A DNA stretch of 62,928 nt from Patescibacteria group bacterium (GTDB lineage Bacteria > Chloroflexota > Limnocylindria > Limnocylindrales > CSP1-4), in assembly GCA_035495215.1 (NCBI GenBank), contig DATJGH010000137.1:1-62928 (forward strand), in the 5' to 3' direction. The notes under the pieces are model-generated. The model was not told where the DNA came from. It did no database searches and saw only the letters and a program-made list of their open reading frames with translations. Both the position numbers and the translations under genes were made by a program. Below, piece after piece: positions 8,137 through 17,817 of this stretch (position 1 is the stretch's first letter; the number at the start of each line of letters is the position of its first letter).

Positions 8137-10430
8137 TGCGCGAGCCGGCTCCTACCATCTCGCCGATGGAGGGCCGGCAGCTCCGCGATCGTGAGGCGAT
8201 CGCGCTCGACGTCATCGGCGTCGCAGGGCTTGCCGCATTTGCCATCGGCCTGATCTGGCTGCAGGGCTCGAAGAACCTCGGCTTCGACCTCGGGGCCGCG
8301 ATCGAAGGCGTCCTCGGGCAGGTCGGCGTCACGGTCCCGGCGGCGCTCCTCGTCCTCGGCGCGAGCGCCCTCGAGCTGGCGGCCGGGCTGGTCCTCGCTC
8401 GCGCCGCGCGTCGCACTCCGTTCGATTCGCTCGGCGAGGCGGCGATCGGGGCGATGGTCGCCGCGGTCCTGAAGGACACGCTGCTGCTCGGCACCCTTGC
8501 CGCGTTCGGGCTGTTCCTCGCTCCGATCCTCGCCGGCGTGGACGCGTTGATCGTGGCCGCGGCGATCCTGCCGCCGCTGCGCGGGCACCTCAGGCCGCTC
8601 GTCACGCTCGGCAGCTGGCGCGACCTCCTCGCCGCGATCGGCTCGTGGCCGCTCGCGGCCCTCGTTGCCGTCGTCTGGGTCGGCCCGGCGATCCTGCAGC
8701 TGGCGAGCCCGGTCGTGCCGTTCATCGACGTCCTGCCGAACTACGTCGGGCCGGTGGAGCACCTGCGCACCTTCGGCTGGTTCGCGCCCCTCACGGCGAC
8801 ACAGTCGCCGATCATCGGGCCGTCGCGGACCGTGCTCGGGTACGACGCGCTCCTCGGCGCCGTCGCGACCCTGACCGGCCTGTCCGGCGGCCTCGCGATC
8901 GCCGGGTTCATCCTGCCCCAGACCGTGCTCGTCGCGGCGGGTGTCCATCGCCTCGCGAGCGCGATTCGAAACGGTGATCCACCCGTCTCCGCGTGGGCCC
9001 TGCTGGCCTTCGCGCTCAGCCAATCCTTCGCGCGACTCGCGGACGCCCGAGGCACGGTCGTCGTCCTTCCGCTGGTGTGCCTCGGCCTGGCCGTTGCCGC
9101 CGAGCTGATCCGCGACAGGCCCGAAGGCGACCCGTGGCGGATCGGACGCGGCGCCGTCATCGGGCTCGCGCTCGGCGCGGCCACGCTCGTGCACCCGGTG
9201 ATCGGCTTCTTCGCGATCGTCACGGTCGGCATCGTCGGGCTGGCTCGCCCGCGTGCAGCCGCGCCGGCCGCCTTCGTCGGGGGTCTTGTCGCCGCGCTCG
9301 TGGCCCTGCCGCAGCTGGCGACCATGCTCGGGCTCAGCCTGCCCACGCTCGGCCTCGGCCTCGGGCTCCCGATCGCCGTCGCACTCGGCATCGCGGCGAG
9401 TCGTTTCGTCGATCGGCGCGAGGTCGTTCGGGCAGGCATCGTGCGCCTGGCGGACCTGGGCCGTCTCGTGCTGGTCGTCGCCGGGGGTGCCGTCCTGATC
9501 GGCGCGTTCGCGGTCGCGCTCCTGAACGCCGACAGGATCCCGGACGCGGCGGGCGAGGCAGTCAGCCTCGCGCTCGAATCGAGCGGGATCCTCCTGATCA
9601 CGCTCGGAATCGGCGCCGCGCTCGGCAGCCGTGGCGCTCGCTCGCCGATCGTCGTCGTCGGCCTGGTCGTGGGGGTGGTGGCGGTCGGGATCACGCAGGT
9701 CCTCCCGGACGACCTCGGCTTCCTCGGCACCGCCCTCCGGTTCGAGGTGCCCAAGACCGTGCACTACTGGCTGTCGTTCATCGCGGCTGCGGGCGCCGCA
9801 TCGGCGCTCGCCTTCGCGTGGGCGGGCGGGGGCCGGCCCGTGCTCACAATGGCCGCCCGGGCGGCGATGGTGGCCGCCTTCGTCGTGGTCGCAGCGCTCC
9901 CGCTCCGGTTCGGCAACAGCGGCGACGACTCGAGCTGCAAGGCCGACTGCTCGACGATCAACGCGTACCACCTGGGCGAGCACCGCTGGTCCGAGTCGTT
10001 CGCGATCGACCTGCACTTCGCGGCGATCGGCTTCTGGCAGGGCTTCCCCGACCCGCGCACGGTCGTCGACCGGCCTCGGCAGGAGATCCTCGACGCCGTC
10101 CGGGCGGAGATCGACGCCGGCCGGCTCGAGCACGACACGCCGGTCCTGCACGTCGCGAGCTCCTTCCAGCAGTGGGTCGCCACGCCGCTCGGCGTTTTCG
10201 ACGGCGTGGACGAGACCGATGTCAGCCTCGATCCGGAGGTCAGCCATCAGACCGTCGGCGGCCGGCTCTACGGGCTCGATGCCCTCGCCGGGTTCGTCAC
10301 GTCGGGCGAGTTCCCGTACGTGGTCCTGGAGCCGCGCGGCCTCCAGGACGGCGTGCGGCAGCAGATTGAAGGGGCTGGCTACGAATCCTTCTTCGCCAAC
10401 GAGCAGGGCGAGGTCTTCCGCGCGCCGTAG
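8136..10430 (+). CDS. large polytopic integral membrane protein (~15 TM) with a ~190-aa C-terminal soluble domain
   Basis: Real part of track ORF 7368-10430, whose upstream part runs through the HNH gene and tRNA. 764 aa of successive Ala/Leu/Gly/Val-rich helices, then a polar tail. Family not recognised. Confidence 0.75.
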   Translation: MREPAPTISPMEGRQLRDREAIALDVIGVAGLAAFAIGLIWLQGSKNLGFDLGAAIEGVLGQVGVTVPAALLVLGASALELAAGLVLARAARRTPFDSLGEAAIGAMVAAVLKDTLLLGTLAAFGLFLAPILAGVDALIVAAAILPPLRGHLRPLVTLGSWRDLLAAIGSWPLAALVAVVWVGPAILQLASPVVPFIDVLPNYVGPVEHLRTFGWFAPLTATQSPIIGPSRTVLGYDALLGAVATLTGLSGGLAIAGFILPQTVLVAAGVHRLASAIRNGDPPVSAWALLAFALSQSFARLADARGTVVVLPLVCLGLAVAAELIRDRPEGDPWRIGRGAVIGLALGAATLVHPVIGFFAIVTVGIVGLARPRAAAPAAFVGGLVAALVALPQLATMLGLSLPTLGLGLGLPIAVALGIAASRFVDRREVVRAGIVRLADLGRLVLVVAGGAVLIGAFAVALLNADRIPDAAGEAVSLALESSGILLITLGIGAALGSRGARSPIVVVGLVVGVVAVGITQVLPDDLGFLGTALRFEVPKTVHYWLSFIAAAGAASALAFAWAGGGRPVLTMAARAAMVAAFVVVAALPLRFGNSGDDSSCKADCSTINAYHLGEHRWSESFAIDLHFAAIGFWQGFPDPRTVVDRPRQEILDAVRAEIDAGRLEHDTPVLHVASSFQQWVATPLGVFDGVDETDVSLDPEVSHQTVGGRLYGLDALAGFVTSGEFPYVVLEPRGLQDGVRQQIEGAGYESFFANEQGEVFRAP

Positions 10431-10438
10431 CTGACGCT

Positions 10439-12754
10439 GTGCAGTGCGGACTGGTACAGACGGGGGATGGTGACTGGGCCCCGTCCGCCCGAGCATCGGG
10501 CTGCCCTCCCGAGGGTCGGACACACGGCCGTCTGCCTCCGCCGTCGCCACGAGAGCAAGTGGACACCTCCTCGACGCCCATCCGAGCCGCGAAACGACGC
10601 GCCGCAAAGACCGCCGCTCCGGCTCCCGAGGCCGCGAGCGAGGAAGGTGCGCCCGCCGCGCCGACGCCGCCGACGGAGCCGTTCGCCCCGGTCGAGCACT
10701 CCTTCAAGGACAGGCGCGCGGCCGCCACGGCGCGGACGCGCCGATCGGCGCACCTGACGCTGCGTCTCACCAGCGATCCGCAGTTCCTCCTCGCGGTGGC
10801 GATCGCCCTGCCCGTCCTCGCGGTGGAGGGCACGTACCAGCTCGCGCTCCCGTGGCTTGTCGTCGCCGTCCCGGTGGGGTACGTGGGCCTGCAGCTCGCG
10901 CTGACCGCGTGGCGCTCCGCGCCGGAGTGGCTGGCCCCGGTGCGCCTGGCCCTTGCGCTGGTGTTCATCGTCGTGGCGAACGCGTGGCTCGATCCAACCG
11001 GCACCTGGCCGCTGAGCGCCCTCGCCGTCCCGGTCGTGGCCCTCGCGGCATCACGCGGGGACGTCGCGTCCGTCGCGGTTGCGCTCGCGGGCATGGTGGC
11101 GATCCTCGCCCCGCTCGCCATCCCGAACGCGGATCCCGGCTCGCGCCAGCAGACCCTCGCCCTGGCGATGGCGGCGGGGGTCGTCGCCTTCGGCTGCCAG
11201 CGCATCGTCGCGAGCCTGAAGCGCTCGACGGAACGCGTCCGTTCCGCCAACTCCCGCGACCGCCGCCGGGCGCGCCAGCTCGCCGCCGTCGAGTCGGTGG
11301 GCAGCCTGCTCGCGCGCGAGGGCCCGACGACCGAGACCCTCGATCGGATGATCGGGCTGCTCGAGGAGACGTTCCACTACAGGTACCCATCCGTGTACGT
11401 GTGGGACGGCCGGGCGCTGCAGCTCGGCGCCCACCGCAACTACCGCTTCCCGATCCAGACGGTGACACCGGACAAGGGGGTGATCGGCAGGATCGTGCGG
11501 AGCCGCCAGCCGGCGTTCCTGCCCGACGCCCGCTCCGATCCCGATTTCCTGTCAGGTGATCCCGAGGTCGTCAGCGAGATCGGGATCCCGCTGGTTGCGG
11601 GGGGCGAGCTGATGGGCGTGCTGAACGTCGAGACGAGCGGCGAGCACCGCCTCGACGAGGACGACTTCTCCATGATCCAGATCGTGGGCGACCGCCTTGC
11701 CGTCGCGCTTGCCCTCGGTCGCGAGCGACTGAAGCTGACCGAGCGCGCGGCGCTGCTCGATCGCCTGACGACCTTCGCGACTGTGCTCAATGCCAGCCTC
11801 GAGAGCGCCCTGACGGATGATGAGATCGCGGCCGGCGCGGGCGTTGTCATCCCCGCCGACAGCGTGGTGATCATCCATCGCGACGAGGCGACCAGCGCCT
11901 ACCGGATCAGGGCCGTGGTCGGTGGCGACACCGCCGTCGTCGGCAACAAGATCGAGCTCGGTGAGGGCATCAGCGGCAGGGCGATCGTGGCTCGCAAGGT
12001 GATGGTCACCGATCGGCTGGAGCGCTCGCAGTTCCCGAAGGCCGTTGCCAAGGCGAAGCTGCCCGATGTGCTGGCTGCGATGTCGGCGCCCATGGTCATC
12101 GGCGACCAGATCGCCGGTGTGGTCACCTGGCTCCGCGGCGACCTCGCCAGGCCGTTCAGCGATCAGGAGCAGGAGGTCGCCGCGCTCGCCGCGAGCAGGG
12201 TCGGACTGTCGCTCGCCAACGCCCGGCTGCACCAGAAGACGCGCGACGCCGCGATCACCGACCCCCTGACCGGCATCCACAACCGCCGCCACTTCGACGC
12301 CGCGCTTGCGCACCAGGACGCACTTCGCCAGCGGATCCCGGCGGAGAAGCGTGGCCTTCGCTCCGCGATCCTGTTCGACCTCGACCACTTCGGCAGCGTC
12401 AACAAGCGCTTCGGGCACCAGGTCGGCGACCGCGTGCTCCGGCTCTTCGCCGACACCCTCAAGACCCGCATCCGGGGCAGCGACCTCATGGCCCGCTACG
12501 GCGGCGAGGAGTTCGTCGTCGTCCTCGAGGGCGCGAGCCGCGACGAGGCGATCGGCATCGCCGAGCAGGTGCGCGCGGCGTACTCGAAGCAGTCGGTCGA
12601 TACGGGCACCGGACAGCGGCTCAACTCGACGGTCTCGGCGGGCTGCTCCACGCTCGAGGCCTGGGAGGTCGAGGGCGTCCTCCTGCTCGAGCGCGCCGAC
12701 GTCGCGCTGGCGATGGCCAAGGCCGGCGGCCGCGACCAGGTGGTCGCCGCGTAA
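10439..12754 (+). CDS. membrane-anchored GAF-GAF-GGDEF diguanylate cyclase
   Basis: N-terminal TM helices and two GAF-like regions. GGDEF domain with DPLTGIHNRRHF, active-site GGEEF and I-site RGSD five residues upstream. The true start may be downstream of 10439. Confidence 0.9.
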   Translation: MQCGLVQTGDGDWAPSARASGCPPEGRTHGRLPPPSPREQVDTSSTPIRAAKRRAAKTAAPAPEAASEEGAPAAPTPPTEPFAPVEHSFKDRRAAATARTRRSAHLTLRLTSDPQFLLAVAIALPVLAVEGTYQLALPWLVVAVPVGYVGLQLALTAWRSAPEWLAPVRLALALVFIVVANAWLDPTGTWPLSALAVPVVALAASRGDVASVAVALAGMVAILAPLAIPNADPGSRQQTLALAMAAGVVAFGCQRIVASLKRSTERVRSANSRDRRRARQLAAVESVGSLLAREGPTTETLDRMIGLLEETFHYRYPSVYVWDGRALQLGAHRNYRFPIQTVTPDKGVIGRIVRSRQPAFLPDARSDPDFLSGDPEVVSEIGIPLVAGGELMGVLNVETSGEHRLDEDDFSMIQIVGDRLAVALALGRERLKLTERAALLDRLTTFATVLNASLESALTDDEIAAGAGVVIPADSVVIIHRDEATSAYRIRAVVGGDTAVVGNKIELGEGISGRAIVARKVMVTDRLERSQFPKAVAKAKLPDVLAAMSAPMVIGDQIAGVVTWLRGDLARPFSDQEQEVAALAASRVGLSLANARLHQKTRDAAITDPLTGIHNRRHFDAALAHQDALRQRIPAEKRGLRSAILFDLDHFGSVNKRFGHQVGDRVLRLFADTLKTRIRGSDLMARYGGEEFVVVLEGASRDEAIGIAEQVRAAYSKQSVDTGTGQRLNSTVSAGCSTLEAWEVEGVLLLERADVALAMAKAGGRDQVVAA

Positions 12755-12885
12755 GGTCGCGGATCCGGACGCTGGCGGCGTTGCCGGTTGTGCGCCCTCG
12801 CTCACGCACGTCGGCGTGCGCTCGTTCGGGTGCTCGCCGTCGCCTTGCCATCGCCTCGGCTGCGCGACCTTGAATTTGTTGGAGT

Positions 12886-13674
12886 TCAGTCCTCGACGAG
12901 CGGCACACCCATCACATTGAAGCCGCCATCGACGTAGATCACCTCGCCGGTGACGGCGCTCGACAGGTCGGAAGCCAGCCACAGCGCCGTCTTCCCCACA
13001 TCCTCGGCACTGATGTTCGAGCGCAACGGCGCGAGGGCGGCGAAGGTGCCGTAGAGCTTGCGGAAATCGCGGACGCCCGATGCCGAGAGGGTCCGCACCG
13101 GCCCTGCGCTGATGGCGTTGACGCGGACGCCGGAGGGGCCCAGGTCAGCGGCGAGATACCGCACGCATGCCTCGAGCGCGGCCTTCGCGACGCCCATCAC
13201 GTTGTAGTTCGCGACGACCTTCTCGGCCCCGTAGTAGGACAGCGTCAGTACCGACGAGCCGGGGTGGAGGAGGCCGGCCTGGACAGCCTCGCGACACATC
13301 GCCACGAGGCTGTACGCGGAGACGTCGAGCGCGATCGCGAACCCCGCCCGTGTCGTTTCGGTGAACGAGCCCTCGAGATCCTCGCGCGGGGCATAGGCCA
13401 CCGCGTGAACAAGCACATCGAGCTGGCCGTGCGCAGCCTTCCATTTGCCCAGGACCCCGCGGAGCTGTTCGTCGGATGAGACGTCGCACGACTCGACGAA
13501 TGTCGAGCCGATCGAGGTGGCCAGCGGCCGGACGCGCCGCTCGATCAGGCTCTCGACCGACGAGAACCCGAGAGTCGCGCCCTCGCCGTGCAGTGCCTTG
13601 GCGATGCCCCAGGCGATCGAGTGGTCGTTCGCGACGCCGAAGATCAGCGCCTTCTTCCCGTCGAGCAAACCCAT
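12886..13674 (-). CDS. fabI: enoyl-[acyl-carrier-protein] reductase (NADH)
   Basis: 262 aa. [22 protein letters not shown]-terminus, catalytic YxxxxxxK context ([12 protein letters not shown]), VNAISAGP. Confidence 0.93.
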   Translation of the reverse strand: MGLLDGKKALIFGVANDHSIAWGIAKALHGEGATLGFSSVESLIERRVRPLATSIGSTFVESCDVSSDEQLRGVLGKWKAAHGQLDVLVHAVAYAPREDLEGSFTETTRAGFAIALDVSAYSLVAMCREAVQAGLLHPGSSVLTLSYYGAEKVVANYNVMGVAKAALEACVRYLAADLGPSGVRVNAISAGPVRTLSASGVRDFRKLYGTFAALAPLRSNISAEDVGKTALWLASDLSSAVTGEVIYVDGGFNVMGVPLVED

Positions 13675-13696
13675 CGCCCGAGCCTACCATCGGCCC

Positions 13697-14590
13697 GTGC
13701 CCCGAACCGCCACGAGGTCGCGCGCCGCGGCTGCCGACCTGCGCGCCGCGCTCGATGGCGTGCGCGCGTTCGTGCTCGACGCCGACGGGGTGCTGATGTA
13801 CCGCAACCAGCCGATCCCGGGCTCGCCCGAGGCGGTCACCGAGCTTCGGCGCCGCGGCATCCCGTATCGCGTCGTGACCAACTTCTCGTCAGCCCATCGG
13901 TCCACGCTTGCCGCCCAATTCGGTAAGGCGACCGGCCTGGCGGTCGACCCTGCCGAGATCATCACGGCGGCCTCTGCCGCAGCCGTGTACACGGCGGCGC
14001 GCCACCATGGCACGCCGCTCCTGGTGCTTGCCCAGCCGGATGCAAAACGGGAGTGGGCGGGCCAGGCACTGCTCACGCCGGACGAGGCGGACGCTCGCGC
14101 CGAACCCGTTGCAGCGGTCGTCATCGGCGATGCCGGCGACGACCTGACGTACCGGAACCTCGACATCGCCTACCGCCAGCTCCGTGCCGGCGCCGAGTTC
14201 GTCGCCATGCACCGCAACCCGTGGTGGGTCACGCAGAAGGGCTTCACGCTCGACGCGGGCGCGCTCGTTGCCGGCCTCGAATTCGCGCTGGGCCGGCGCG
14301 CGATGATCTGCGGCAAGCCCTCACCCGTTGTGTTCCGCCAGGCAGTCGGCGAGCTGCGGGCCGAGCTGGCTGCGCGGCCCGGTGAACGCAATCGGCCCCG
14401 TCTCCGTACCCGCGACGTCGCGATGGTCGGGGACGATCCCCGGGCAGACTTTGCAGCCTCGCGACGTGCCGGTTTGCGCGCCTTCCTCGCGCTCACCGGC
14501 AAGGTCAGCCGCGACGAGGCGCTGGCAGCCGGCGTAGCAGGCAGTCGTATCGCCCGGGATCTCGCACAGCTTGTCGACTCCATTTCCTGA
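13697..14590 (+). CDS. HAD-superfamily subfamily IIA (NagD-like) phosphatase
   Basis: Real part of track ORF 13445-14590. Motif I FVLDADGVL, motif II VVTNFS, GKP and GDDPRADF motifs. GTG 13697 chosen; GTG 13760 is an alternative. Confidence 0.82.
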   Translation: MPRTATRSRAAAADLRAALDGVRAFVLDADGVLMYRNQPIPGSPEAVTELRRRGIPYRVVTNFSSAHRSTLAAQFGKATGLAVDPAEIITAASAAAVYTAARHHGTPLLVLAQPDAKREWAGQALLTPDEADARAEPVAAVVIGDAGDDLTYRNLDIAYRQLRAGAEFVAMHRNPWWVTQKGFTLDAGALVAGLEFALGRRAMICGKPSPVVFRQAVGELRAELAARPGERNRPRLRTRDVAMVGDDPRADFAASRRAGLRAFLALTGKVSRDEALAAGVAGSRIARDLAQLVDSIS

Positions 14591-14700
14591 AGCATTCGGA
14601 TCGGAGCAACGGACCCGCGTCGCCTGAACGCTTGACGCTCCCATCGTGCGCGGAATACTGCATCGACGGCCGGGCAGGACCAGGGAAAGAGGGGACCCAC

Positions 14701-16086
14701 ATGATCATCGATCCGGGCATGCCCAAGTCACGGCGTGCGTTGCTTCTTGGCGCGCTTGGCGGGATCGCGGCAACGGTGGCCGGCTTGATGAAGGCGCCGA
14801 CCACGCTCGCGGGCACCGATGGTGACCTCGCTCTGGAGACCACCAACAACACGGATGTGTTGACCGAGCTGGTCGGGTCGTCTGCGCCCGCGCTCCGAGT
14901 CGTTGGTGGCGGCGTCGGCCTGCAGGCCTGGGGTGACATCGCCCTCGATGCCTTCGGGGACATCGCCGTCAACGCGATCTCGGACGCCACCTCTGCGCCG
15001 GCGAGCATCGGGTTCAACCGGGGCAGCTCGGTCGGGGTCCTCGGCTGGAGCGCCGATGGCAACGAGTCGACGCCAACCCTGCCGCCCAAGACGGGTGTCT
15101 TCGGGCTCGCCGAGCAGGATGCGGATGCGCGAGGCGTTCTCGGGAAGAGCGGGTCTGGCCAGGGCGTCCGCGGCGAAGCCCTGACGGGGATCGGCGTCGC
15201 CGGCGTCATCGGCCCCAATCCAGCACCCAGCACGCCGGCGGCGAGCTGGCCCGGCGTCGAGGGCTACGGCCCGATCGGCGTGATCGGATTCAGCGATCTG
15301 CTCACCGGCGTCATCGGTGTGAGTGACCCGACGGTTCCGTTGACGGTGTCGCCCAAGACCGGTGTCTACGGCATCGCAGCGCAGGACGCGTCCTCGCGAG
15401 GCGTGCTCGGCGAGACGGATTCCGGTGTGGGTGTCCTCGGCCGGGCGTCCACGGGGCAGGGTCTTCGCGGTGAAAGCGATTCCGGGCCCGGCGTCTTCGC
15501 AACCAACAATGCAGCAAGTGTGGGATCGATCGTCGCTGAGGGTGGGCCAGGCACAGCCGTCCACGGGCACGGCGGTGGCGGGAACGTGCCCGTGTCGCCG
15601 CCAACGACCGGGATCTACGGCAGCGCCGCTGGTGTCGCGACGGGTGTGTTCGGTGACGCGACGAGCGGCGTGGGCGTCCGCGGCTGGGCCACGACAGGAG
15701 ACGGTATGTCGGCGAAGGCGACAACCGGCGTCGGGATTCGGTCGGTTGCCACCAGTGGGGAAGGCGTGCACGGAGAGGCGACGGCGGGAGTCGGCGTGAA
15801 GGCGCTCGCCACGACCGGGGTCGCGCTCGCCGTCTCGGGCAGGGCGACCTTCAGCCGCTCTGGCCTCGCGATGGTGTCGCCGAAACAGAGCGTCGTCGAC
15901 GTGATCGTGCCTGGTGGACTCACCGGCAGCCCCATCGTCTTCGCCCAGCTGCAGCTCAAGCGCGGCAACGTCCATGTGCTCGCGTGTCGCCCCAACTCCC
16001 CGTCGGCGGGCAAGATACGGGTGACCCTGAGCGGCGTCGCCTCGACCACGGCCGCGACGCCCCTGGCCTGGCTCGTGCTCGGGTAA
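14701..16086 (+). CDS. Tat-signal secreted protein built of Gly-rich ~10-residue repeats
   Basis: Twin-arginine signal SRRALLLGALGGIAATVAG. Body is dominated by (A/S)T(S/T)GxG(V/I)xGx decapeptides, cleanest at ATSGVGVRGW ATTGDGMSAK ATTGVGIRSV ATSGEGVHGE ATAGVGVKAL. Non-repetitive ~85-aa C-terminus. Confidence 0.7.
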   Translation: MIIDPGMPKSRRALLLGALGGIAATVAGLMKAPTTLAGTDGDLALETTNNTDVLTELVGSSAPALRVVGGGVGLQAWGDIALDAFGDIAVNAISDATSAPASIGFNRGSSVGVLGWSADGNESTPTLPPKTGVFGLAEQDADARGVLGKSGSGQGVRGEALTGIGVAGVIGPNPAPSTPAASWPGVEGYGPIGVIGFSDLLTGVIGVSDPTVPLTVSPKTGVYGIAAQDASSRGVLGETDSGVGVLGRASTGQGLRGESDSGPGVFATNNAASVGSIVAEGGPGTAVHGHGGGGNVPVSPPTTGIYGSAAGVATGVFGDATSGVGVRGWATTGDGMSAKATTGVGIRSVATSGEGVHGEATAGVGVKALATTGVALAVSGRATFSRSGLAMVSPKQSVVDVIVPGGLTGSPIVFAQLQLKRGNVHVLACRPNSPSAGKIRVTLSGVASTTAATPLAWLVLG

Positions 16087-16195
16087 CGCTTCCGGCGGCA
16101 GGGCCTGACGGACCGGGCGGTAGACTGGTCGCAGACGTTCAACGCGCGGGCCTGGAGGCGGCCGCGCAGCCGGAATCGGCACACCGGGAGACCAC

Positions 16196-17779
16196 ATGAC
16201 CACCGAAGTCCGACCTCGGATCAAGATCACCTACGCGACCCTGCGCAACGACAACGAGGAGTTGCACGCCCTGTACGAGCACGGCGTCGAGGAGTCGCGG
16301 GCGGCCCTCGGCGGCCACCACCGCAACTTCATCAACGGGCGCTGGGTGGACGGCTCGGCCGGTGTCTTCGAGGCTCGTTCGCCGATCGATCGGGACATGC
16401 TCATCGGGACGTTCGCCAAGGGCGACCGCGTCGATGTCCAGCAGGCGATCGCGGCCGCGCGAGCCGCCGCGCCGGCCTGGCGGCACACGCCGTGGCGCGA
16501 GCGCCTCGCCGTCCTGCGCAAGGCCGCGGAGCTCATCTCCGAGCGCCAGATGCGCTACGGCGCGGACATGGCCTTCGAGTGCGGGAAGAACCGGCTCGAG
16601 GCGCTCGGCGAGGTCGAGGAAGCGGCGGACCTGATCCGCTTCTACTCCGACACGATGGAGCGCAACGACGGCTACGACCACCCGATGGACAACCTCGGCG
16701 ACGCGGCCGTGCACACCCGCTCGATCCTGCGGCCGCACGGCGTCTTCGCGGTCATCAGCCCGTTCAACTTCCCGATGGCGCTCGCCGCGGGCCCGGTGGG
16801 CGCGGCGCTCATGGCCGGCAACACGGTCGTCTTCAAGCCGGCCTCGGCGACGCCGCTCAGCGGCGTGAACCTGATCCACGCGTTCGAGGACGCGGGCCTC
16901 CCGGCGGGCACGGTCAACCTCGTCATGGGCCCCGGCGACACGGTCGGCGACGAGCTCCAGAAGAACCAGGACATCGACGGCATCGTCTTCACCGGCTCGT
17001 ACGACGTCGGCTTCAAGCTGTTCAAGTCGTTCTCGACCAGCTGGCCCCGGCCGTGCATCGTCGAGATGGGCGGCAAGAACCCGGCGATCGTCTCGCGCAA
17101 GGCCGACCTCGAGGAGGCGGCCGAGGGCATCATGCGCAGCGCCTTCGGCTTCGGTGGCCAGAAGTGCTCGGCGAACTCGCGGGTCTACGTCGAGCAGCCG
17201 GTCCATGACGAGCTCGTCCGGATGCTGGTCGAGAAGACCGAGAAGCTCGCGATCGGCGACCCGATCATGCGCGAGAACTGGCTCGGGCCGATCATCGACC
17301 AGAAGGCGGTCGACCGACACCAGCAGGCCGTCTCCGAGGCGCGCCGCGACGGCACGGTGTTCATCGGCGGCGAGCACCTGTCCGACGGCGCGCTCGCTCG
17401 CGGCTTCTACGTCGAGCCGACGGTCGTCGGCGGCCTCTCGGCCGACCATCGGCTGTTCCAGGACGAGCTGTTCGCCCCGTTCACGGCCGTCCAGGCGGTC
17501 GACTCGCTGGATGAGGCCCTCCGCCTCGCCAATGACTCGACCTACGGGCTGACGGCCGGTGTCTACAGCGAGGACCCGACCGAGGTCGAGCGCTTCCTCG
17601 ACGAGATCGAAGCCGGCGTCCTGTACGTGAATCGCCGCGCCGGCGCGACGACCGGCGCCTGGCCGGGCGTGCAGGCGTTCGGTGGCTGGAAGGGCTCCGG
17701 CTCGACCGGCAAGGCCGGCCTGTCGATGTACTACGTCGCCCAGTTCATGCGGGAGCAGAGCCACACGCTCGTCGACTGA
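16196..17779 (+). CDS. aldehyde dehydrogenase family, likely 1-pyrroline-5-carboxylate / glutamate-semialdehyde dehydrogenase
   Basis: 527 aa. ALDH motifs FKPA, EMGGKNP, catalytic FGFGGQKCSANSR. The N-terminal region resembles long-form P5C dehydrogenases. Confidence 0.88.
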   Translation: MTTEVRPRIKITYATLRNDNEELHALYEHGVEESRAALGGHHRNFINGRWVDGSAGVFEARSPIDRDMLIGTFAKGDRVDVQQAIAAARAAAPAWRHTPWRERLAVLRKAAELISERQMRYGADMAFECGKNRLEALGEVEEAADLIRFYSDTMERNDGYDHPMDNLGDAAVHTRSILRPHGVFAVISPFNFPMALAAGPVGAALMAGNTVVFKPASATPLSGVNLIHAFEDAGLPAGTVNLVMGPGDTVGDELQKNQDIDGIVFTGSYDVGFKLFKSFSTSWPRPCIVEMGGKNPAIVSRKADLEEAAEGIMRSAFGFGGQKCSANSRVYVEQPVHDELVRMLVEKTEKLAIGDPIMRENWLGPIIDQKAVDRHQQAVSEARRDGTVFIGGEHLSDGALARGFYVEPTVVGGLSADHRLFQDELFAPFTAVQAVDSLDEALRLANDSTYGLTAGVYSEDPTEVERFLDEIEAGVLYVNRRAGATTGAWPGVQAFGGWKGSGSTGKAGLSMYYVAQFMREQSHTLVD

Positions 17780-17817
17780 GACGCTCCCGCATGGCGCCAC
17801 CGGGGAGGGTGCGCCAC

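Noticed and set aside
8127-10607. 826-aa ORF on the minus strand, antisense to the large membrane-protein gene
   Set aside because: The translation is extremely Arg/Asp/Glu/Pro/Gly-rich with no motifs. This is the typical shadow ORF of a high-GC coding strand. The plus-strand frame encodes coherent TM helices.
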